Below, piece by piece: positions 27,271 to 38,379 of a DNA stretch of 64,000 nucleotides. The stretch is from the NCBI RefSeq assembly GCF_006345805.1, contig NC_042997.1, positions 163,804,001 through 163,868,000 on the forward strand, given 5' to 3'. The translations under genes were made by a program, and so were the position numbers. Each line of letters starts with the position of its first letter. Within the stretch, counting starts at the first letter, position 1. A model generated the notes under the pieces. It saw only the letters and a program-made list of their open reading frames with translations, was not told where the DNA came from and did not search any database. The stretch is from Octopus sinensis (lineage: Eukaryota).

Positions 27271-27636
27271 ATATAGGACACTGATGGTATGATGGTAACA
27301 CTCATTTACAACTATCATGCAATGTCAAAAATACAGTAATACACACACATACACACACATTTAATAATGTATGTGTGTGTGTGTGTATATATATATATAT
27401 ACATATACATGATGGGCTTTTTCAATTTCTATCTACCAAATCCACTTACAAAGCTTTGGTCTACCTGAGACTACAGTAAAGACATTTGCCTAAGGTGCCA
27501 TACAGTGGGACTGAACCCAAAGCCATGTGCTTGGGAAGCAAACTTCTTATTACAGAACCACATACACATGTACACATACATGTGCACACACACACAACTT
27601 TATAGAAGAATTTATGTTCTGGAACACAAGATTTCA

Positions 27637-27677
<41 letters not shown>

Positions 27678-29513
27678 TAATGACTTTTGTGAAGCTTGTC
27701 ACTTTAGAATTCATCTGGAAATCATCATCATCATTATCCTTCTCCACATTATCACCATCCTCATCATTATCCTCTTCCTCCTCATCATCATCCTCTTCCT
27801 CCTCCTCATCACCACCATCATCAGTTTATATACATATTTCATGCTGGCATTGGTCCGACAAGCCAGAGGGCTGCATTGAGCTCCTACTGACAAGATTTCT
27901 ACAGCTGGATGCCCTTCTTAATACCAACCATTCTACAGAGTGTACTGGGTGCTTTTTTGTGGCAGCAACACAAGTGAGAGTACCAAGTAACTAATAAGAT
28001 AAAACCTCTTGAAGGAGTTGGGTGCAGAAACGAAAGGTTTCTTTATACCTGGTGTTGAGAGGCTAAAGTGTGACAGAAAGACAGGAAGAGATGTCTTGCT
28101 GTAGAGGAATTACATGGATACACCTGTAGGAAGGGAAGACAGGATTGTAGAAACGAAGTGTAAGCAGAAGAGAGTGATGGGCCAATAGAGAATGACGGAG
28201 AAGTAATGGGGTGAAGAGAGAGAGAGAAAGGGAGAGAGGGAGAGAGAGAGAAAGAGTGTGTGTGTGTGTATGTGTGTGTGTGAGATGGCAGGCAATAAAG
28301 AAGGGTGATGTTAGAAAGTATTGAATATGAACAAATTTAATGCTATCCTTCAATACACAAATACTGTAATGGGGGAGAAACAGAATAATAGCATGGAGAC
28401 GCAAAGATAGCAAATGGGATGTGTAACAGATGGGAAATTAACAAAGAAAGATGGAGGACAATAGATGGAGAACATGTTAACATAAAGGGGTGAGAGGGAC
28501 CCATTATAGATATACATTCCAATTTCTGTCATCATTATCACCATTTTTAAGTCTATTTTTAAATGTTTGTACATGTTGGGTAAGGTTTTTTTTTACAGCA
28601 CATCATTTCCCTATTTGTCACAGTCTTTTGCTTTCTCTGTTAGGAATGTTAGGATGGGTAAGATATATTTTCCTACATAAGAATAATGGGAAAATACTTA
28701 ATTTTTAGATTTCAGGTAGGCTCCTAGATGGTAGAAGTTCTTCAATGTAATCTTTTTCTCTGTTAAACAATGTCTGCAGCTTCTACTTCACTTTTTCAGT
28801 AATCACTAGTTGATATTATTTTGTGTAGTGTTTTCATTTAATAGCTATCTATGTCTCTCACCAAAGTTGTGATGCTACATCTCTCCTGGATTTAAAAAAA
28901 AACTTGTGATGTAGCTGGCATAATCACACATACTATGAAACACTAGGATGTCCCTGCCAAGACTTCAATAAAACGCATGCTTCACAGACCAGGCATAATG
29001 ATCAGGAACATAGAAAAGAAATTGTGTATTGTAGTTGAAATCAATTAAATACTAATGGTAAAAAAAATCCATAGAAAAACTCCATCTGAACTATAGCTTT
29101 AAATTGTTACCAACAATTATTTGAGCACTTGGATACATGTCTCACTGCCCCAGTACTAAGCTTGAGTTTCACAGCCAGTAAAAACATATTTAAACAAGTG
29201 ATAGCAGCAAGAAGCTGTATCAAAAACGCTGTCAAAATATATAAAACATCAAGAAGTTTAAGATGTAACAAGATCTTTGTGTGCAATAACATACATACCT
29301 CTATCTATGTATGAATGGGCACAGATGTATATGCATGCTTATAAGAATACATACATATGCATACATAGAAATATACATGTGCATATATACATAGATACAC
29401 ATATATACATACAAAACTGCTCTAATGACATTTAAATTCCAATGAAAGTTTGTTTCTAGGTTAGAAACTATCACTTCCTCCTTTGGGGTGAAACTTAAAA
29501 AAAAATACCAGGA

Positions 29514-29577
<64 letters not shown>

Positions 29578-29605
29578 GCAAACATATATTTAGACACACA
29601 CACAA

Positions 29606-29646
<41 letters not shown>

Positions 29647-29649
<3 letters not shown>

Positions 29650-30290
29650 TAGAATTTGATTTTGATTGCATCATCCCAAGATGCCTTAAATAATTTGATA
29701 TTTCAACATTTAAACCCACAAGTCTCTTAAGTCCAGATGAATTATTACTGTATTTCCAATTAGAATTAAAAAAAAAAATACCCTTTAGTTGCTCATAAAG
29801 TGGTGTTTTGTCATCACCAGAACTACACATTGTTGGTGTATAGGCACTGATAAATGTCATCAGCTGATAACAAGGTAGAGATATTGATAAACACATGATT
29901 CTATCATTTAAACCAAAATATAGTTCAGTAAAATACAGGGAAAATGTTAACTTAAACACAAAACCTACATCAGACCCCTTCCTCTGATTATCATCTCTTC
30001 CATCTCAAAAAGAAAAGACAGCATAGCCACCATTTTAGTAGATTGACCTTCAGCAAAATGGGTCTCAGATAAAGCAACAATACCCATTCTATACTTAAGA
30101 AGTTCTATAGAAACAAAACAGCTTTTCATTTAGTAAATAGCTCAATATTAATAAGTGTTTACATTCCAACAGCCAATCAGAAAACCTGATTCACACCTTT
30201 TGGTAGTCATTTGATACAACCTGGGCCCAGTTGCCTTTCCTTGGAACCTTTGCTGTGCCAAACCTACAAGCTCAATTCTCACAAGTACTA
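29647..30290 (-). mobile_element. RTE family 2 (BovB-like) N-terminal AP-endonuclease remnant
   Basis: LIGCWNVNT...ELLKYRMGIVALSETHFAEGQ...DVGFVF...GLNDRIMCLSISL...TFISAYTPT...KTPLYEQL...SNSNV. Confidence 0.8.
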
Positions 30291-30759
30291 TTTGCTATTT
30301 AAATTATTTTGAATTATACCTGTTGGAAAGCTTTTCACTGAAAGAGTGTGTTAAGGACTACACAATATGAGAATACATTTTCCCAAAAGAGACCAGCAAA
30401 GTTTAAGATAGTTTAATATAATTAAGTGGATCATCTATGTTAGCCTGCAAATGGATAAGATTTAACATATCTATGATAAAGGAAAATATGACTTGCACAA
30501 TACTGCACTGACTTAGCAGTGTAAAAATCACCAAAAATAAATCAATAATAAAATCAGTGGGTATTTACAAATGGTTGCAGAGCAAATATTAAATTCAGTG
30601 AATTTGCTGTGCATTCATTCACTATCAAAAGTATTTCTAAGTCCCTGAATACTATTGCTTGTTAGTTATTGAGATATTGAGTTTATACATCCACTAACAA
30701 GTTTAGCTGGATTTCTAGCAACCCAGCTCATCAGGCTAACCTGATGAGGTGCTACTTTA

Positions 30760-32745
30760 AATGCTGATAACATGATCATCCAACAGACTTGCACTGAATT
30801 AACAGTATTTTATAAGCAGCATTCAGGTATGAACTGACATTGATCATAATATTTTGTGCAAACAAGACTGAGGGTTCAAAATTAGAAAGCAAAATTTTTA
30901 ATGCTTAAAAAGGCTTGATGTTGCAGAGCTAAAGAAAAAAATTTGTCAGGCAAGTTTGTAATTCATTGAATGATGTTATGAGATGGGAGGAAATAAAAAA
31001 AGAAAGCATACCAAATTATAAAGTCAGTATTGGTGGTGGTGGTGATGATGAGGGTTACAAAATTGAAAAGCAAAGACTGGTTTGATGATAATAATCAGCA
31101 CATAAAAAGCTTATCCAAGCAAAGAGACCTACATAAATAACTCTGTTGAAATGAGCATTTATTGACTTGATATAAAATTGTTATGCTAAAGAATCAGAAG
31201 GAAATCAGAAGCATGAAAAATAAGTGATGGATTGAACACAGCTGTGATCTTCAGAAAGCACACCACAAAGAGGATATTAAGGAACTTTACTCCGTTACAA
31301 ATTAAGTTTATGGTCGTTGCTCAATTTCCTGTGCATCCAAAGATTCAAACAAGATCCTCTAACAGTGACAAAAATATTTTAGTGATCTGCTAAATTACGC
31401 ATCAATATCTTTTTTCAAAACACATTTGGCAAATCTCAGTAAAGCATTATGTTGACAATCTCCTGCTTTTAGTGAAATAAGAGAGGCTGTGCACAAACTA
31501 AAAAAATAGAAAAACTCACGGCATTGATGGTATTGTAACAGAAATGCTCAAATTAAAGGAACATAGGGATGCTGGATCTTCTTCTCAATCTAATATATAA
31601 TCAGTAGAAAAATGATACATGGTTGGAGAGATGCACTATTGACGGTATTGTACAGAGGAAAAAGCATCAAAAATATATGGAATAATTCTTGAAGTATTTC
31701 TCTCTCAATGGTGTACACAAAATATTGGTTTCAAAGTTTGACACAAGGCCAGAAATTTCAGTAGAGTGGGTAGTTGATTACATCAACTCAAGTGTTCAAT
31801 TGGTTCTTATTTTATCAACCCCAAAAGGACAAAAGGCAAAGTCAACCTTGGTAGAATTTGAACTCAGAATATGAAGATGGACAAAATGACGCAAAGCATT
31901 TTGCCTGACATGCTAATGATTCTACTAGTTCACTGCTTATGTGTACACCTAATATTGAGCAGAATTATTGTTGATAGGATTACTTAATACATTGAAACAT
32001 TTCTTTGTTTTGAGTCTTAATCAGGTTTTGCATTAAACAAGGAACTGATGACATAAAATTTTCCACTTGTCAACAGCAACTGAAATGCATTGAACAGACT
32101 TGACCTTCACCATTGCATTACTCAATTCATGAAGGTCTTTGATCCAGTGAATTGTGATGTGTTATTGCCAATTCTGAGAAAGTTGATTGTGTTAAATTTA
32201 CAAATATTATCACATCTTTATGATAATATGAGAACATATATTGTATTTGGTGGAGAACTCCCAAATCCATTTTCAATTAGAGGTGGTGTAATACAAGGTG
32301 GTATAACAACTCCTACTCTGTTTATCATGTGTTTCACAATTGCATGTTTTCAAAGACTTTCAGACTGTTTTGAAGGTATTTATATATGCTGCTACACAAC
32401 TGGTTAGTTATTTAACTATAAACAGCTTAAATGAAGTCACACACTTCTGTGTCGCTGATAAGAAACCTCTTGTATGTTGATGACTGAGACTTAGTTACAC
32501 AATGAAAATGATCTTCAAACTCTTATGGATAAAATTTCATTGATGTAACATGTTTTGGTCTCTCAATAAATCTTGGTAAAACAGTTATTCTTGAGAGTCC
32601 TGCCATGGAAGTACTCTCAGGGATCCACGAATGGATCCCTTTGAAAGTTATATCTTCTGTCAAATATTTTAGAGGGTATGAAAATCACCATACAAAATCT
32701 TGATGAAGAAATTGCAATTAGAATCCTGCTATTGCATATTCACGG
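30760..32745 (+). mobile_element. RTE family 2 remnant: late endonuclease plus RT, interrupted by a family-A SINE at ~31720-31935
   Basis: KRLDVAELK, DWFDDNNQHIK, PAFSEIREAVHKLK...THGIDGIVTEMLK, LYDNMRTYIVFGGELPNPFSIRGGVIQGGITTPTLF. Many stops and frameshifts. Confidence 0.75.
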
Positions 32746-33038
32746 AATGCTCCTGTCACCATGTTACTACTTTTTTTTAGTATCACTACGGGCTCAATAA
32801 TTTTGTCAAAAGTTTCCATAATTGTTGGAACTTACATAAAACCCCAGATCCCACAAAGTTTATTAAATCATTAGATAGATTTCAAAGAAAAGGAAACTCT
32901 TACTAGATTATCCCAAGAATTAGATATAAAGATTTTGGTAGTCTTTATTTTTAAACATAGCCTTAAGCATAGGTGTAGTAATTATCATCCTTATAAAAAG
33001 TAAAATGTAAAGGCAACAATGCATATGCCTATATATAT

Positions 33039-33100
<62 letters not shown>

Positions 33101-34099
33101 TAGTTATCGCCATACTAATATGGCATTCTTATAAAAATAAGAAAAAAGCTGTCCGCTTATTAGCTCCATGAGGCCATCGCCTTAAGTTAGCTATTTGATA
33201 CACAAACTGTATCCATATAACCTTCGAACAAGGGAGGTCAGTCGCTCCACACTACTTGACCGGCAGCTATATATATATATATATATATATACATACACAC
33301 ACACACACACACATATATATCCCTTGTCATTAAGATAGTGCTTTCTGTAGCTATTGAGTTGTTTTGACTCTTATTTCTAGCAATACTCATGTTGATCAGT
33401 GCCCGTCGTCACTTTAGTGATGTCTATATATATATATATAGTGGCACGTAAAAAGCACCCACTACACTCACGGAGTGGTTGGCGTTAGGAAGGGCATCCA
33501 GCTGTAGAAACATTGCCAGATAAGACCGGAGCCTGGTGCAGCCTTCTGGCTTCCCAGATCCCCGGTCGAACCGTCCAACCCATGCTAGCATGGAGAACGG
33601 ACGTTAAACGATGATGATGATGATGATGATGATATATGTATATATGTCATATTAAACACTCTTATTGGGAGTTCAAACTTAGCTATGTGGCTACAAAATG
33701 TTTAATGTAAAACCATACGTGTACAAACTTGCAACCATAGGCACAATCTTGTCCACTTGCCCTTTAAAGGTGGTGAGCTGGCAGAAATTGTTAGCACACC
33801 AGGCAAAATGCTTAGTGGCATTTCTTCCAGCTTTATGTTTTGAGTTCAAATTCCACCAAGGCCCATTTTGCATCTCATCCTTTTGGGGTTAATAAAATAA
33901 GTACCAGTTGAACAATGGGGTTGATGTAATTGACTTGTACCCTCCCCACAAGTTTCAGGCCTTGAGCCTATTGTAGAAAGAAACGCTAAACAAAGTTGTA
34001 AAGTGGGATCTTTACTCTTTGAACAGCAGATCGAGAAATTAAACATACATGCATACATACATGTGTGTGTGTGTGTGTGTGTAAAGTCTTTTGGAAAAA

Positions 34100-34530
34100 G
34101 CTCAAGGGGCTATTACCACCGCTGGCAACAAACAAGTTTTCTCTAAGAGTGAAGGGCAAATTGTTTGAATGTGATGTTGCATGATGGAGAAATATGGGCC
34201 TTGAATGCAGAAGATTTATGAAGACTAGAAAGAAATAGAAGAAGCATTGATGTGTAATTTTAGTGTGCATGAATGATAAAGCACAAATGAGCTGAAAGAA
34301 AAACTGAACACAAGAGAAATTCTTGTGTGGTGTGCAAGAGAATAAACCCTATTTGTATAGGCATATGATGCATATGAATGAAGACACTATATAAAGAAGT
34401 GATGCATGTTCAAAGTAACTGGAACTTGTAGAAGAGAGAGAATGAGGAAGATTTGGGACAAAGTGATTATGAAAAATCTGAAGTTAATGTCTCTTCTGAA
34501 TGAGATAACATTGATTGGCAACACTCTATG
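34100..34530 (+). mobile_element. Old RTE family 1 C-terminal fragment
   Basis: FSLRVKGKLFECDVA*WR.MGLECRR...FKVTGTCRRERMRKIWDKVIMKNLK. Confidence 0.7.
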
Positions 34531-34629
34531 TGAGAAAGGATTCATTCACCTGTTCAAGAATGATGGAACAGCTGTTAAAATTTGCATATATGTATGCACA
34601 TGAAAATATGTGCATGTATTTAAATGTTT

Positions 34630-35136
34630 TTGCTAATATTGATGTCGCAGGCCTTCATGTTCCTTTTGCAAACATCCTTATATCATAAGAATGGTCTTCC
34701 CACAGACCTAGTGCTCCTAGCAAGCTCTCCATAGAGTATGTCCTTGGAGATTCTGCCATCTTCCATACGACTAACATATCCAAGCCATCTCATATGTCTT
34801 TGTGTGAGGAGTGCAAACATGCGACACCAATATTAGCAACTGGGAAGCAGTTGCCAGCAACTGTGGAGATTGGCGACATACCGTAAAAAAAGGGAACACA
34901 AAGGAGTGACAGAGGGAGAGAGGAGACAAGAAAAGACATCAACAAGAAACTATGACATTACAACCAGCCAGGCAAAGTCTTCGCTACATTTGCAGAACCT
35001 GCCAGAGGGAGTGTTTGTCCAGGATAAGACTACACAGCCACAGCAGGAGATGTATTAGGGCATGAAATGTAAAAGCCAGACTAGATTATTTTATGCGCAA
35101 CTCCATTGTCTCCTGAGACAAAAAGTATGCCAACAA
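34630..35136. mobile_element. RTE family 2 insertion, 5'-inverted (34630-34820 minus, 34821-35136 plus), with 13-bp TSD
   Basis: Minus: MFALLTQRHMRWLGYVSRMEDGRISKDILYGELARSTRSVGRP..YKDVCKRNMKACDINISK. Plus: DTNISNWEAVASNCGDWRHTVKKG...caacaa tail. TSD tatttaaatgttt at 34617-34629 and 35137-35149. Confidence 0.88.
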
Positions 35137-38100
35137 TATTTAAATGTTTATACCCTCAGGTATAAGTACATAAGAACATGTGCCCTCGCACATAATTTTG
35201 TGTAAAGGCTCTCATCCATCTAACACAGATCACTCACTCCTCTTCTAACACATATCTTCATCATTTAACATCCACACTCCATGATTGTATGGGTTTGATG
35301 ATTTGATAGGTTCTGATAGTACAAGGGCCGTATCACACTACATTGTCTGTTTTAGTTTCTATGACCTTCCTAATGTAACTGCTTTACAGCATGCACTGGG
35401 TATTTTTTTCATGCCATCAGCACTAGTGAGACCACCAAACAGTGTGTAAGACTATGAAAATCCTGAGGAGAAACCTTTATGCAACAAAATGGGGAGGGGC
35501 AGGGGAAAGGTAGTAAACTTATGAAAGAAGTGGACCAGAGCAAAACAGGTTGCTTGCTGGAGAGAACCTACATAACTATTCACATTTTAGAAGAAAGGGT
35601 AGAAAGTGATTCAGAGGATCTGGAAAGCAATAAAAAGATAATGATAAGGTTCGCCTTGACAGTATGAGTTGGGCAGAGGGACCAGGAGTGAGAAGGAAAC
35701 AGAAGATGACTGACAGTGCAAAGCAGCAGAATAGTAATGATGGAACAATAGACAAGAGAAGGATGAGAAAGGGACCCTCTTTTATCATTTATCTGTTATC
35801 ACTCATGCCACTGTCACCCATCAGTCTATCACCTCTGATTTGACCACTCATGCCACTACTGCACTTCTCTTGATCACTCTCTCTGCTTTTCACTGTGTAC
35901 AGTGCTGCTGATGTCATTAAGAAAGGCAGAGGGTCACTTTGGCTCACTGTACATTGCTTCAGAGATGCTATGGTACCTATTTGTCCCTCTCTCCAACATT
36001 TTTCATTTCCTTCTTCATCACTATCACTCTAGCTCTCTCACCATCTTGATATACAACTTAAGGGGCCTCTTCAGACTTACATGTATATCATGCACTCCTT
36101 CCTCTTCCTCTACACATTACTGGCCATTTGAAGAGAACATCCACGATTCACTTTCACTATATATTTACTTCTTGCTATCCATCACTATTTCACCAATATT
36201 CTCTCTTGAGCTATTGCTGCAATAAAATGCAACTTGTTCACTGTGCTAAGTCTAAGGTTGTGAAATATCTTCAGTCTTGTGGAAGTCATAGTAACCACTA
36301 GAGTGGTTGTTATGTTTAGGTTGTCACAAAAGAAGAAAAAAAAGGAAAACAAGAAACCCACTCAACATGCTCTGTAAGGTGGGCATTAAAAAGCATTTCC
36401 AACCATAGAAACCAAATCAAAAATGTAAATTAAGAGCAAGATGTGGCCCTCGATCCATTTAGAAAAACAGAAATGATCTGTCCAAGCAATGCAAGCATGG
36501 AAAGTGGATATAAAATGACTATGATAATGATGTTAATATACAGAATTTGTTCTCCATGAAAATGTGTCTCTCTAACACACACACACACACACACACACAC
36601 AATATGGTTGATAAATTCACACTGGTGTGTAATGTAAATGCAATTAAGCAAAAGTAATTAATGCTATGAAGAAGAGTGGAATAATATTCATATAATATTT
36701 ATCGAAAGCTGAGTCTGTGCAAGTTGCCATTCAGAGTTTCTTGTTGATCCTCAAGTAACAGATCTTTTCGTGTTTGAAGCTTTCTTCTGTACACATTGAT
36801 TGGCTCTGTTCAGTTCACACTGAACAGATTCAATCAATGGGTATCTAACATTTTATACACAAGTATAGAAATTTATAAAAATTAATCTATAAAAATTTAT
36901 GAAAAATTTTTATAAAACAACATCTGAGGATAAGGTGATCTTTGATCGAAAAGTTTTTGTAATAAATTTGTTTGAAAAATATCTATGAAGAATTCTTTGA
37001 AAGAACCGAACAGTGAACTTATGAATGCAAAATACATGAAATCTAGTAACTGGGGAATAGAGACTTATTTAAAGAATATACAATAAATTAATTTTAATTC
37101 TGTGTGTGTTTGTATTAGGAATATAAATTTCACATTGTCTGTGTTGTTTCTCTCATTAGCAACATGGTCTTTGTAAAGGGATTTGAGTAATGTCAGAAAT
37201 AGGTCAACTGTAGATCTTCCCATAGCCTGTATTGTTTTGTGTGTGCATGCATACTGTTAGTATATGCTGATGCACATATGAATACATATATGTATGTGCA
37301 TTGTGTACATACACATACATGTTTGTACTTGTGTCTCTGCACATATTTACATATGTATGCACACACTTATATTTACATACTGGTACACATATTTATACAA
37401 ATACACACATACATACTTAAATACATACATACATGTATACTCTTATATTCATATTCATATATATATATATATATATATATATAATCACATATATACATAC
37501 ACACATACCACTTCCAGATAATTTATATTTGGACACAAGAATTTTCATAGCCCATATGCATACACATGTGTGCAGATAACTGCATGTAAATGTATATATG
37601 AACATATAAGTATGTATGTAGACATACGTCTGTGCTTGCAGAGGAGATATAAAGAAATATAACATATAAAATGTAAACAACTAAAAAAAAATTCTAATAA
37701 TACAAAATATAGTGATTCAAATATATGGATGCTCATAATAAACAAATGCAAATACAGAGCAAATAAACTGATAAATGTGTATAAAACCATTTAAGTGCTT
37801 GATTACTATATTCATGTATAGGGAATATATAACCAACATATGTATAAAGAATACATAGAAATTATATATGTATGAAGAATACATAAAAATTAAGCACCAA
37901 GCAATGAATGTATAGAATAATTAATTAGCAAACATTTAAGAATTGGTTACTATCAGTCAAAATTTGAACTGAATGGTTAAACAGCAAAGGTTATCATTAT
38001 AGACATTACAAAAATTATGAAGTTAAAAATTTATGCAAGAATTGAATGAGCTTCATAAAAATGCATACATATGTAAATAAATAAATGAAACAATATATAA

Positions 38101-38379
38101 AAATGAATAACAAATATTGGAGGCATAAATTAGCATAATGATCGATACACTATGATAGTCTTGTAAATAATGACTAAAGTCTATGGGGTTGTGAGAACAG
38201 GGGTTTCGAAATATAGGGATATGTAAGTATGGAGGGCAAGCATATGTGTTGTAAAAATTTGGGTTTGTAATGTATAATATAGGATGCTGGCTGTGGGTAT
38301 TATAACACACTAAGGAATGTGATAAGGAAGCTAGAGGATATGAGCTGTAGATATTAAAACAATATATATATGTAATCAA

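Noticed and set aside
30727-30748. Perfect 9-bp hairpin containing CTGATGAG
   Set aside because: No downstream GAAA or stem II; the core is sequestered in the stem.
33135-33170. Minus-strand cctcatggagctaataagcggacagc resembling a decayed hammerhead
   Set aside because: Needs about four core changes and has no stem III; too weak without a family consensus.
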